Shown here: in pieces, positions 32,658 through 46,959 of the stretch | How positions within the stretch are numbered: position 1 is the first letter of the stretch | Layout: each line of letters starts with the position of its first letter | Assembly (NCBI GenBank): GCA_028826165.1 | Contig: JAPDFW010000028.1 | Span: forward strand, 1-64,000 | DNA: 64,000 nt | Reading direction: 5' to 3' | Source of the DNA: Anaeramoeba ignava BMAN | Taxonomy: Eukaryota > Protista > Anaeramoebae | The notes under the pieces: model-generated | What the model was told of the DNA's origin: nothing | Seen by the model: the letters and a program-made list of their open reading frames with translations, nothing else | Databases searched by the model: none | Program-made: the position numbers and the translations under genes

Positions 32658-35533
32658 ATGAATAATGAAAATGAAAATGAAAATCAAAATGAAAATCAAA
32701 ATTTAAATGAAAAAAAAGAAAGAATTAAAAAACAAATGGAATATTATTTTGAACCAGAAAATATTATTCAAGATAAATATTTATTATCAATTTGTGATGA
32801 AGAACTTTGGGTTAATTTAAAAATAGTTGCAAATTTTAGAAGAATGAAAGCAATAACAAATGATATTGAATTAATAAAAGAATCATTAAAAACATCAAAT
32901 AAAATTGAAATTTCAGAAGATGGAATTCAAATTCGTTCAAAACTCCCTAAATCTGAAATGAAAACTATTATTATAAGTGGATTTTCAAAAAATCCAGAAA
33001 TTGAGGTTAATAATATAATCTAAATTAAATAATATAAATTAAATAATATTAATTAAATAATATAAATTAATAATATTAATTTAATAATATAAATTAAATA
33101 ATATAAATTTAATAATATAAATTAAATAATATTAATTAAATAATATTAATTTAAATAATATAAATATATATAATATAAATCTAAATAATATAAATTAAAT
33201 AATATAAAATTTAATATTAATATATATAATATAAATTAAATAATATAAATTAAAAATAATATAAATTTAATAATATTAATATATATAATATAAATCTAAA
33301 ATAATATAAATTAAATAATATAAATCTAAATAATATGTAAATTAAATAATATAAATTAAATAATATAAATCTAAATAATATAAATTAAATAATATAAATT
33401 AAATAATATTAATTAAATAATATAAATTAAAATAATATAATAAATAAATTAAATAATATAAATTAAATAAATATAAATTAAATAATATAAATCTAAATAA
33501 TATAAATTAAATAATATAAATTAAATAATATAAATTAAATAATATAAAATCTTAATAATATTAATTTTAAATAATATAAATTTAAACAATATAAAAATAA
33601 ATTAAAATAAATAATAAATTAAATAATATTAATTAAATAATCTAAATTAAATAATCACAAATAAACTAAATAATATAAATAAATAATTAAATAATATAAA
33701 TCTAAATAATATAAACTAAATAATATAAACTAAATAATATAAATCTAAATAATATTAATTAAATAATCATTAAATTAAATAATATAAATATAGATAATAT
33801 AAATTAAATAATATTAAAATTAAATAATATAAATCTAAATAATAGAAATTAAAAAATAATTAAATTAATAATATAAATTAAATAATATAAATTAAATAAT
33901 ATAAATTAAATAATTAATTAAAATAATATTAATTAAATAAATAAATTAAATAATATAAATTAAATAATATAAATTTTAAATAATATTAATTAAATAATAT
34001 AAATTAAATAATATAAATTTAAATAATATTAATTAAATAATATAAATTAAATAATATTAATTAAATAATTCATTAATTAAATAATATAAATTAAATAAAT
34101 AAATTAAAATAATATTAATTAAATATTATAAATTTAAATAATATAAATTAAATAATATAAATTAAATAATATTAATTAAATAATATTAATTAAATAATAT
34201 AAATTTAAATAATATAAATTAAATAATATAAATTTAAATAATATAAATTAAATAATATAAATTAAATAATATAAATTAATAATATAAATTTAAACAATAT
34301 AAATTCAAATAATAGAAATTTCAAGAATTTTTGAACAGTAATAAAATTAGTTTTAAAAATATTTCTCTTCAAGATGATACTTTTTTTCTTGAAATGAACT
34401 CAACAGATGAAGCAGAAAAATATTTAAATCAAATTAAAGAATTAAAATATCAAGAAGAACAATTATTTGTTGATTTTAGTAATGAAATCGAGAAAGATAC
34501 TTTTGAGTAAGAAAAAAAATAAAAGAAAAAACAATTTTTTTCTTATTCAATAAAAAATTTTTTAAATAATAGATATGTTTTAGAACAAAGAATGAAACAA
34601 AATCAATATCAATTTCAATATCAATTTAATGATCCAAATCAATTTCAATATCAATTTAATGATCCAAATCAATTTCAATATCAATTTAATGATCCAAATC
34701 AATTTCAATATCAATTTAATGATCCAAATCAATATCAATTTCAATATCAATTTAATGATCCAAATCAATTTCAATTTCAATATCAATTTAATGATCCAAA
34801 TCAATTTCAATTTAATGATCCAAATCAATATCAATTTCAATATCAATTTAATGATCCAAATAATATTCCCCCTTTTAATCAATTCAATCTCAATTATACA
34901 TCTTATCAACCACAATATAATCAGAATAATTTCATAGATCAACAACAACAAAACAATTATTATCAAAAACCATATAGAGGAAAGAATTATGGAGAAAGAG
35001 GATTTAATCAAAATCAAAATCAAAATAAATATTCAAATCAATATTCAAATCAATATTCAAATCAATATTCAAATCAATATTCAAATCAATATTCAAATCA
35101 AAATCAATATTCAAATCAATATTCAAATCAATATTCAAATCAAAATCAATATTCAAATCAAAATCAATATCAAAATCATCAAATATATAATTGGGAATCA
35201 AGACAATACCAAAATGATAATTATCAAAACAAAAGAAATTATAGAGAAAATTATTCAAATCAATTCTCTTTAGGAATTTCTAATTTTCCTCCTTTAAATT
35301 CACAAGATGCAGAATATACTGAAGATTTTTATCAATATTCAGAAGAAAAAATGATTTCAATTCTTAAAGAAATGCTTTCAAAAACAAAAATAATTGAACC
35401 ACCTCAACAACTTCAAAATCTTTTGGATACAAAACAAGAACAAAACAATATAAATTTTCAAATTCATAAACTCTTCTCTTTAGAAATGAACCTTCCTTCT
35501 TTATTACAAAAAAAAGAAAAAATTAAAAACTAA
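32658..35533 (+). CDS. La-motif RNA-binding protein (LARP4-like); exons 32658-33005, 34316-34506, 34573-35533
   Basis: La motif IKKQMEYYF..IIQDKYL....WVNLKIVANFRRMK followed by an RRM-like segment; Q/N/Y/F-rich repeats; C-terminal SNFPPL and YSEEKMISIL. Confidence 0.82.
33010..34310. repeat. ~14-bp intronic satellite (TATAAATTAAATAA)n, about 1.3 kb
   Basis: Fills intron 1 (33006-34315) of the La-motif gene. Confidence 0.92.
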
Positions 35534-36010
35534 AATTAAAATTAAAATTAAAATTAAAATTAAAATTAAAAATCAAAATTAAAATTAAAATTAAAATTAA
35601 AATTAAAATCAAAATTAAAATCAAAATTAAAAATTAAAATTAAAATTAAATTAAAATTAAAATTAAAATTAAAATCAAAATTAAAATTAAAATTAAAATT
35701 AAAATTAAAATTAAAATCAAAATTAAAATTAAAATTAAAATCAAAATTAAAATTAAAATTAAAATTAAAATTAAAATTAAAATTAAAATTAAAATCAAAA
35801 TTAAAATTAAAATTAAAATTAAAATCAAAATTCAAAATTAAAATTATAATTAAAATTAAAATTAAAATTAAAATTAAATTCAAAATCAAAATCAAAATTA
35901 AAATTAAAATTAAAATTAAATTCAAAATTAAAAATTAAAAATTAAAATTAAAATTAAAATTAAAATTAAAATTAAAATTAAAATTAAAATTAAATTTAAA
36001 ATCAAAATTA
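35530..36010. repeat. (AAAATT)n hexamer tract between convergent genes
   Basis: Direct reading. Confidence 0.95.
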
Positions 36011-36104
36011 AATATTTTTGAAAAATGTTTTTGAAAATGTTTTTTGTGTTTTATTCTGTTTTAAAAAATAATAATTTTTTTTTTCTTTTTTGAATTGAAT
36101 TGAA

Positions 36105-39100
36105 TTAAATTTTTCTTCCAAAAAGTTGACTAATTTTTTGACTAATTGCTGAAAAACATAATTTCTTATCATAAGTTGATTCAAATCTAACTGAAATATT
36201 TTTTCCTTCTTTTAAACCAAAAATTAAAGTAAATTCATCAAAATCATCAGCAAAAATTTTAAGATTTATCCATTTTTCAATCATTTTTGTTTTAAAAATT
36301 AAATTACGAATTTCCAAATTCTTTTTTTTCAATTTAACAATTCCATTAAATAATTTTCTATTAAAAATAACTTGAACTTGAAAAACTATTGGAGATTTTT
36401 TCCAAAGAATTTTTGCTTTTTCTTGAATCTTTTCCATTAATTGAGATTCCTTTTGTTGTTTAATTTTATCAATTTCATCAGATTCAGATAAACTACTTTT
36501 ATAAATTTGTAAAGATTTTTGAGAATTTGAATCAAAAAGTGTTTTTTTAGGTTCATTTCTATCAAAAAATTTAGCATATTGTTTAAAACTTGGTAATGAA
36601 TTGATAAAATCAAGAAAATAATCTGGATTGGATTCAATTTTTTCAATTTGGAAATTATAAGGTTTGTTAATAAATATTTTCTCTTTCTTAAATTGATCTT
36701 GACATAAAAACTTGAAAATAAACAAAGATCGATAAACTAATTCAGAAACAATTTCATTTTTAGTTGCAAAATAAATTTCACTTTCAGGATTTTCTCCTGA
36801 AAATTGAATCTTGATAATTTGATGAGTTGAAGAATCCAAATAAAAATCAATCACATTATCATTCCAAGAAATATAAGTGGGTTGAAAATTAGTTGAAATT
36901 ATTGATAATTGATTTCGATCAATTTTTAATAAAACTGGGATGTATTTCTCATCTTTTGTCAATGTATCCAAATTGAAAATGGCATTATTATTGACCCAAA
37001 ACTTGAAAATAAGTGCATTAATTTCTTCAATTTCATCAAGAATTGATGAAGAAATTCTATTATTTCGAATTTTGGAAGGAGAATAATATTGAAGCATCAT
37101 AAATGTTTTCCATAATATAATATTATCTTTAAGTTGTGGAACTTTGAAGGTGATTTTCTCATTTGTTTCTGTAAATTCCAATACAAAATCAAATTTTCCT
37201 TTTCCTCGATGTAAATTCACTTTGCTTTGTGATGAATAAGCACTTTCAATTATTGAAACTGATGTATCATTTTTGATAACTTTGAATTTTGTTTCCATCA
37301 TGATAAATTGTGCTGAAATTTCTTCGTTTTTCTTTTCGTTTGTTATGATAATATTAAACTTGGCAGATCCTTGTGAGAAATTTTTCTGAATTTGATTAAT
37401 TTCATTGGAAATTTTCTTCGAATCCAAAATGGAAAAATCAAGTTGGATATTTTCTTTTGATTGATCATATCCTGTTAAACTTGTATATTTTTCATGTTCA
37501 AAATAAATTGGTTTTTGAACAGTTTGTTCAATTAAATTATTTTCATTTGAAATGAAATCAGGCGATGGAGTTTCTGTTTGGATTTCTTTCTTTGCGAAAT
37601 TGGGTTTTTCAGTTTGAATTGGTGATAATGATCTGTTAAGTTTTGGAGGCTTTGGTGTTTCAAGTTCAAATGTGTCTCTTGATAATAATGCGTATCTGAG
37701 TTTTTGTTTTTGTATTAAATTTGTTGCTTTGCTAAAATCATTTGGATTTTCAAATTTGAAAATAATATCTCCGTTAAATTCTGATTTAATTTTGATTAGT
37801 AAATATTCATCCATAGTTTGAATTTTTAAATTTTCATCTTTAAAACTAATATTTGGTCTTTTTGTTGATGATTCAATCTCAATATTTTTATCTGTAATTC
37901 CAATTGTTGCTTTTTCAATCAAATTTCTTTCATTATTAACTATACTAACTTCAAATTTTTGTGAAACAAAGAATTGATTTTCTGTTTCTTCGTTTGTTTT
38001 CATTTCTTCGTTTGATTCTTGGGATTCATTTTCTTGAGGGAATTGATATTCTTTTCTTTTCTTGTATTCAAGAAGAAATATTCTTTGCATTGTTGCTGTT
38101 TCAAATCCAAAAACGAAATGTTTTTTGTTGTTGAAAATCAATCTGCAAATGAGATCATGATAAGTTAAAAAGAGATTTGAATTGAAAATGTTTCTTGAAA
38201 TGGAAGAATTTGAAAATTGGAAATTAATTGTTTTTCCATAAAATTGAATTGTTCCAACAGCAATTTTGTCCATTTGCAAAGAATAAAATTGAGCTTTGAA
38301 AAAATGAGAATGAGAATCAAATCGAGATTCCAATGATTGATATTTTGATTTCAAAAGGTTGTAAATATTTTTGAATTGATCACGTTTGTTTTGATTCTTG
38401 AATTTTAATGAAAGGGTAATTTGAGAGGAAGCATCAGGAATTTTGATCATAGTAGGATATTGGGGATTAATTAATGAGAAATCAAAATTGGAATAAGAAT
38501 CAGAATAAGAATCAGAATCTGTTTCAATATATAAAGTATCATTTTTGAGATGAATAATAGCTGGAATGAATTCGCTATTTTGTGTTTCAATTTCACATTT
38601 AAAATGATCTAATTTAAATGGTTGATGAATAATAGATTCTTGATTTGGAGGAGGAGTTGTCAAATTTGGAGTATTTGTTGGTGTTGGTGTTTTTGTTGGA
38701 AGTGATAATGAAATTCCACTTTTCACTTTGTTTTGATATTCATTATAATATTCATTAATACATCCAATTATTAAATCTCTTGCACTTGAATTTTCACAAT
38801 TCAGATAAACTATATTTTGAATTTCTGTTTTTCCAAATTCAATTTTGATGTTTTTCTCATTTGTTGATTCAGGATTAACTTGGAAAACTTGGTTAAAATG
38901 AATGAAAAAAGGAGAAGTATTCACAGTTTCAAAAAGGATACATAATCGATCGAATTCTAATTGAAGAATAACTGATTTAATATTTGATTCTTTATCAATA
39001 ACCTTGACATTTTGGAATAGGACTTCTCCATCACTGAATAATTTCTTGATTAATAATTTTCTTTCTTTTTCTTTTTCCAAAATTTCTCCTCCAAATTTTG

Positions 39101-40001
39101 TGAATATTTGAACAAATGAATCTGGATTTTGATAAGTTTGAAACAACATGAATGTTTTATAAATAATGTAACGATCAATATAACTTTCACATTTTAATAA
39201 AATTGGAGTTTTATCTTGAATTTGGAATAAAAATTCATTTTCTTTTTCAGTATTTAAAAGTATTTGAAATTGTTGATTAACAAGATATTTTTGTGCAAAA
39301 AATGGTTCATCAAAAATCAATATTTGGATTGTTTGTCTATCAAAATATAAAATGGCATCAATTTCTTGTTCTTCATTTTCTGATAAATTTGTTGGAGAAG
39401 AATAAATCACTTTCACTGGAAATTTAACGTTTCCTTTAACAAAATAATCTGCAATTAAAGATGAACAAATTTCATATTGTTTTTGTTTTAAAGGAACAAA
39501 TTCATTAATTTCATTTAAATTTGAATTTAAATTTGAATCCAAATCTTTTTTCCAATTTTCATTTTCATTTTCATTTAAAGAAAGGAATAAATTTTCTTGA
39601 AATTTTAAATTCTTTTTCTTTTGATAAAGTTTTTTTAATTCAAAAAGTAATTTTATAAGTGGTTCTTTTTCTGTTTGATTTATTATTTGAATTGGTTTAA
39701 ATGCAAATTCTTTTGAAACTCCATATTTAATACAAGAATTAATGAATGATTGATAATTTTTTTTAGGGGATCTAAAATATAAATTTAAATATAAATTTAA
39801 AAAAGAAAAATTTTTTAAATTGAAAAAAATTTTTTTTTACTCAAAAATTTCTTTAATTGAATTTGGTTCAATTTTATTTATTAATTCGCATAAATTTTGT
39901 GATAATTTTGTATCATTTATTGAAAAATTAAGTATATTTTGAGTAATTGATTGAAACCATTGAGAAAGACTATAAATTTTAAATGTTAAATTTTTATTCA
40001 T
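36105..40001 (-). CDS. Large (~1275 aa) protein with an N-terminal calponin-homology-like domain and several probable PH-like modules; intron 39772-39840
   Basis: QWFQSIT..NLCELINKIEPNSI..NYQSFINSCIKYGVSKEFAFKP..LLFEL fits a CH domain. The splice joins in frame to ORF 36105-39542. Repeated beta-rich blocks ending in an amphipathic helix (e.g. LKFKNQNKRDQFKNIYN) suggest PH-like folds. Confidence 0.7.
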
Positions 40002-40079
40002 TTTGAAATGAAAAATGAAAAAATGAAAAACAAAAACAAAAAATTTTTTATTTAAATTATTCATTTTATTTAAAATATT

Positions 40080-43000
40080 ACTAATAATTATTTTTCTTTT
40101 TAATTAATTTTATATTAAAATTTAAATAATAAAATAATAATAAATTTACTTATAATTCTTTTTAAAATTAATAAATTAAATAAATTATTAAATTAATAAA
40201 AAAAATTAAAAATAATTAAAAATTAAATAAAAATTAATAAAATATTTTAATTAATTTTATATTAAAATTTAAATAATAAAATAAAAAATTAATTTATTTA
40301 TAATTCTTTTTAAAAATTAATAAAAATAAAATAAAATATAAAAATTAAATTTAATTTAAAATAATTAAAATTAATAAATTAAAAAAAATAAAAATTTAAA
40401 AAAAAAAAATAAAAAAATATATTTTAATTAATTTTATATTAAAAATCTAAATAATAATTTAATAATTATTTACTTATAATTCTTTTTAAAATTAATAAAT
40501 TAAATAAAATATTAAATTAAATTAATTTAAAATAATTAAAAATTAAATAAAAATTAATAAAATATTTTAATTAATTTTATATTAAAATCTAAATAATAAA
40601 TTAATAATAATTTATTTATAATTCTTTTTAAAATTAATAAATTAAATAAAAATTAAAATTATTAAATTAAATTAAAAATTAAAAAAATTAAAAATTATTT
40701 TAAAAATTAATAAAAAATATAATTTTTTATTTTTAATTTTTTAAAATTAAAAATAAATAAAAATTAATAAAATAAAAAATCTAAATAATAAATTAATAAT
40801 AATTAAAATTAATTAATAATTTTTTAAATTTTAATAAATTAAATAAATTATTAAATTAAATTAAATTTAAAAAATAATTAAAAAAATAATTGAATAAAAA
40901 TTAATAAAATATTTTAATTAATTTTATATTAAAATCTAAATAATAAATTAATAATAATTTACTTATAATTCTTTTTAAAAATTAATAAATAAAAATAAAT
41001 TAATTAAATTAAATTAAATAAAAAAATTAAAAATTAAATAAAAATTAATAAAATTATTTTAATTAAAAATTTAAATAAAAATTAATAAAATATTTTTTTA
41101 TAATTCTTTTTAAAATTAATAAATTAAAATAAATTATTAAATTAAATTAAATTAAAATAATTAAAAATTAAATAAAAATTAATAAAATATTTTAATTAAT
41201 TTTATATTAATATCTAAATAATAAATTAATAATAATTTATTTATAATTCTTTTTAAAATTAATAAATAAAATAAATTATTAAATTAAATTAAATTAAAAA
41301 TAATTAAAAATTAAATAAAAATTAATAAAATATTTTAATTAATTTTTATATTAAAATTTAAATAATAAATTAATAATAATTTACTTATAATTCTTTTTAA
41401 AATTAATAAATTAAAATAAATTATTAAATTAAATTAATTTAAAATAATTAAAAATTAAATAAAAATTAATAAAATATTTTAATTAATTTTATATTAATAT
41501 CTAAATAATAAATTAATAATAATTTATTTATAATTTTTTTAAAATTAAAAATTAATTAAATTAAAATTAAAAAAATTAAAAATTAATTAAAAATTTTAAA
41601 ATAAATTAATTTAAAATAAATAATAATTAAAATTAAATAAATTCTTTTTAAAAATAAAATTAAATTTTAATTAAATTAAATATTAAAAAATTAAAAATAA
41701 ATAAAAATTAATAAAATATTTTAATTTATAATTCTTTTTAAAATAATAAATAAAAAAATTTTCTTTTTAAAATTAATAAATTAAAATAAATTATTAAATT
41801 AAAATAATTAAAAATTAAAAATTAAAAAAATTAATAAAATATTTTAATTAATTTTATATTAAAATTTAAATAATAAATTAATAATAATTTACTTATAATT
41901 CTTTTTTAAAATTAATAAATTAAATAAATTATTAAATTAAATTAAATTTAAAATAATTAAAAATTAAATAAAAATTAATAAAATATTTTAATTAATTTTA
42001 TATTAAAAATTAAAAATAATAAATTAATAATAATTTACTTATAATTCTTTTTAAAAAATTAATAAAAATAAATTATAAAAATAAATTAATTTAAAATAAT
42101 TAAAAATTAAATAAAAAATTAATAAAATATTTTAAATTAATTTTATATTAAAAAATTTAAAATAATAAATTAATAATAATTTATTTTATAATTTTTTAAA
42201 ATTAATAAATTAAAATAAATTATTAAATTAAATTAATTAAAATAATTAAAAATTAAATAAAAATTAATAAAATATTTTAATTAATTTTATATTAAAATTT
42301 AAATAATAAATTAATAATAATTTACTTATAATTCTTTTTAAAAATAATAAATTAAAAATAAATTATTAAATTAAATTAATTTAAAATAATTAAAAATTAA
42401 ATTAAAAATTAATAAAATATTTTAATTAATTTTATATTAAAATCTAAATAATAAATTAATAATAATTTACTTATAATTCTTTTTAAAATTAATTAATTAA
42501 ATAAAAATTAATAAAAATAAATTAAATTAAAATAATTAAAAATTAAATAAAAATTAATAAAATATTTTAATTAATTTTATATTAAAAATTAAATAATAAA
42601 ATTAATAATTTATTTATAATTTTTTTAAATTAATAAATAAAATAAATTATTAAATTAAATTAATTTAAAATAATTAAAAAATTAAATAAAAAATTAATAA
42701 AATATTTTAATTAATTTTATATTAAAATTTAAATAATAAATTAATAATAATTTACTTATAATTCTTTTTAAAATTAATAAATAAAATAAAATTATTAAAA
42801 ATTAAATTAAATTTAAAATAATTAAAAATTAAATAAAAATTAATAAAATATTTTAATTAATTTTATATTAAAATTAAATAAAAATTAATAAAATATTTTT
42901 ATTAATTTAATAATAAAAATAATAATAATTTACTTATAATTCTTTTTAAAATTAATAAATTAAATAAATTATTAAATTAAATTAATTTAAAATAATTAAA

Positions 43001-43250
43001 AATTAAATAAAAATTAATAAAATATTTTAATTAATTTTATATTAAAATCTAAATAATAAAATAATAATAATTTATTTATAATTCTTTTTAAAATTAATAA
43101 ATTAAATAAATTATTAAATTAAATTAATTTAAAATAATTAAAAAATTAAATAAAAAATTAATAAAATATTTTAATTAATTTTATATTAAAATCTAAATAA
43201 TAATTTAATAATTATTTACTTATAATTCTTTTTAAAATTAAATTAAAAAA
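40080..43250. repeat. ~143-bp-monomer AT satellite, about 3.2 kb, essentially G-free on the + strand
   Basis: TTACTTATAATTCTTTTTAAAATTAATAAA recurs at ~143-bp spacing (e.g. about 41242, 41385, 41529; 42327, 42470; 42935, 43077, 43220). Confidence 0.92.
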
Positions 43251-43363
43251 TAAATTATAAAAATAGAATTGTTTGAATTTGTGGTTTTTAATCTTCTTCA
43301 AATCTCAAAATTATTTGAAAAATTCTTAAAAAAAGAAAAAAGAAAAAATAATTAATTTATTGA

Positions 43364-46300
43364 TTAATTTTCATCATCTTCATCATCTTCACTTTCCATT
43401 TCATTAACACTTGCAATTTCCTTTTCCATAATTCCAATTTTTTGAAGAGAAATTTTAGCCCAATCCTCTTTTCCCTTTTTCACAAGATTTCTATGAATAA
43501 TTCTTTCTGATGCGAGATCTTTTTCAACTTGACTAATATAAACATCAAGTTCAAGTGCTCCTGATTGAACTAATTCTTGTAGTTTTTGGAGTTTTTCTTG
43601 AGCAAACGCTTTTTTCTTTGTTAAAAAAGCAGGAATTGGTTTATTTTCTGTTTGAAGAATTTTGATAATTCGATCACAATCTGCAATAACCCATTCTAAA
43701 ACATCATTTGAAATGATATTTTCAAGTAAATCTGGATGACCGTAATTTGGATTATTATCAACTTCAGGAATTCCTATTTTTTTTTCTTGAGGAACTTGAA
43801 CTGGTGAATTTTGAATTGGTTTTTGATTTGTTTTTTGAACTTGAACTGGCGAATTTTGAATTGGTTTTTGATTTGTTTTTTGAACTTGATTAGGTGAATT
43901 TTGAATTGGTTTTTGATTTGTTTTTTGAACTTGAACTGGTGAATTTTGAATTGGTTTTTGATTTGTTTTTTGAACTTGATTAGGTGAATTTTGAGGTGAT
44001 TTTTGAGGTGATTTTTGATTTGTTTGTTTTTTTTCTTCCATTGCACTATTTGGATTTGAAAGATCATATCCATCAATAACTACATGTTTAATTGGATGTG
44101 CAATGATTTCTTTAGCTTCAAGTGGTTCTCTTAATCTAACTTGAGCATCAACTGAAATTCCTAAATCTTTTCTTTTTACTTGAAACTAAAAAAAAAAATC
44201 AATTTAAAAATTTTTGGATCATTTTTTTTTAAATTTAATTTTCTTTTGAAAAAATTTTTCTCACACTAAAAGTTCCTGAAATTTCACATTTTCTTGAAAA
44301 ATTTTGTAATGGAATATCTGCTCTTCCGATTGGATCTTTGCTACTAAAAATCATTCCTTTTTTTTTATAAAGATGAACAGAAACATATTTTCTATCAACA
44401 AAACGATCAAATGATTTTTTTCTTGCAATTTGAAATTTATGAGTCAATCCAATTTGAATTTTTTCTTCGGCTTTAAAATTTCCAGATTTTAAAGTTTGCG
44501 GTTCATTTTTTGGATAAAGAAGTTCTAATTCAATGAAAACTTGGTCTTTAGAAGATCTAATTTAATAAAGAAGAATATATTTTTAAATAAATTTTTTTTT
44601 TAAATCTAATTTTCTTGAATAAATTTTTTTTTTTTTTACTTCAATCCATTAATTTGTGAAATTTCAATCTCCATTTCTGTTGCAGCAATTTGAGGGAAGT
44701 TTTTCTCCTCTAAAATTTCATAAGACTCAAAATGGAATTTTGGTGGAGGTAAATTCATTTTAGCCAATCCTTGAATAAATTCGAGATTTGAATTCAATTC
44801 CTTCTTTTTTCTTTCAATATCCATTTTATTCAAATTTCCACTTTCAATTTTCTTTTGTTGCTGATCTATTATTTCCATTTCACTTTGAATAAGTTTTTCT
44901 AACGATTCAAAAACTTGTTTAAATTGTTCAGTATTTGATTTTGAAAAATTGAAAATTTGTTGATTTTGATCCACAATATTTTTGATTTGATTCAAAGTTA
45001 GTTTATTAAGAGCAGGTTGAGTTGTTTGGGTTGTTTGGTAAATCCTTGAAACAGGCGGAGGAAGCGCAGAAATTGCGAACTTCTCTCCTTTAAGTGTTCT
45101 TGCTTTGATTTCCTTAAGTTTTTTAAAGTTTACTTTCAAAATATTGATTATTTGCTTTTGATCTGTGTTTTTCAAAGATGTGATTTCTTTCACATACTCA
45201 TCAATTCTTGTTTGGATGTGTTTTATTGATGCAACTGATTTATCCTTTGCTACTTTTTGGATTTTTACAGGTGATGCTTGTGGATCAAGTATTTGTTTTA
45301 CTTGATTTTCCAATGTTTTTGCTTTTTTGAGATATTGAATTGCCATTTTATTATTATTTGCATCTCTATAACGAATTGCTTCACTTTTTGCATCTTTAAT
45401 TTCTTGAATTAATTTGTCAACAATTTTCTGTTGTTCTGGTTTTAATTTTTGTTGTTTCTCTTGCAGTTCATGTTGTTTTTCAATTTTTTGTTGTTGTAAT
45501 TTTTGCTGTTCAATTTTTTCCTGTTGCAATTTTTGTTGTTCTAATTGTTGATGATGATGCCTTGTTTTTGCCTGTTCAGCTTTTGAAGGTGTTCGTGAAA
45601 TATCTTTTTTTGTTGTTAGTTGTTGATCCATTTGTTTTTTCTTTTTGTTTTCTATTTCTTTTTTCTTTTTGTTTTCCAATTGTTTTTGTAATTCCAAATG
45701 TTTTTGCAATTCCCATTCTTTTTGTTTTTCGATTTCTTTTTGATTTTCTTTTTGATTTTCTTTTTGATTTTCTTTTTGATTTTCTTTTTGATTTTCTTTT
45801 TTATTTTCTTTTTGATTTCTTTTTTGATTTTCTTTTTCTAATTCCTTTTCTAATTGTTTTTCTAAATCTTTTTCCAAATCTTTTCCCTTTCCTGATTTAT
45901 TTTTTTGATTTTCCAATTCTAATTGTTTTTCAAATTCTTTTTCTTGTTCCAAAAATTCCTTTTCAAAATCAATTTCTTCTTTTGATTTTTGATTTGATTT
46001 TTGATTTGATTTTGAGTTGATTTTGGAGTTGATTTTGGAGTTGATTTTTGTGATTTTGATTTTTCTTTTGGTTGTTCAATTAATTTTTCAATTGATTTTT
46101 CTTTTGATTTTTCTTTTGATTTTTCTTTTGATTTTTGCTTTTCATTTCCTTTATTTTCTGCTTCAATTTCTCCCATTAACATACTTAATTCTGCATTTAA
46201 ATTTGGATCATTAAGATCTTCTTCTGTAAATTGAAGTATTTGTTCTTTTGGTTGTTTTCTATTTGATTGTGTTTTTTTTGTTGGTTTTTTTTTCTCTTCT

Positions 46301-46551
46301 TTTTGTAAGCTTTCAAACTCAGCTAATAAACTAGGATCATTTAAATCATCTATTCCTGTATTTTTTCCATTTCCAAAACCAAAATCATTTTTATTAAATT
46401 CTGCCATCATTTTTTTTAATTCAGAATCATTATCTAAATCTTCTTCAAATTTTGTTGTATCAAATAAATCATTTTTATTCTTTGTGTTTTTTGTGTTTTT
46501 TTTTGAATCGTTTTTTTTTGAATTATTTTTTTTCTTGTTTCTTCCAAACAT
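43364..46551 (-). CDS. CC2D1/Lgd-like protein (DM14-like helices + C2 domain), putative ESCRT-III regulator; introns 44557-44639 and 44186-44264; frameshift near 45960-45990
   Basis: EDLNDPNLNAEL; AKSEAIRYRDANNNKMAIQYLKKAKTLE (DM14-like); LPPPKFHFE..FPQIAATEMEIEI..C2..VDAQVRLREPL; C-terminal helical block like that of CC2D1A. Confidence 0.75.
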
Positions 46552-46959
46552 TTTTAAAAAAAAAAAAATGAATTTCAAAAATTTTTTTTTTAAAATTTAA
46601 AATAATTTTTCCTCTTCCTTTAAAAATCAAAATCAAAATCAAAATAAAAAAAATCAAAATCAAAATCAAAATCAAAATAAAAATAAAAATCAAAATCAAA
46701 ATCAAAATCAAAATCCAAAATATAAATCAAAATCAAAATCAAAATCAAAATCAAAATGAAAATCAAAATAATCAAAATCCAAAATATAAATCAAAATCAA
46801 AATCCAAAATCAAAATCAAAATCAAAATATAAATCAAAATATAAATCAAAATGAAAATCAAAATAATCAAAATCAAAATATAAATAAAAATCAAAATATA
46901 AATTAAAATAAATTTCCTTTTTTTATTTATTTGAATAATTTTTTCATTCATTCAAATAA

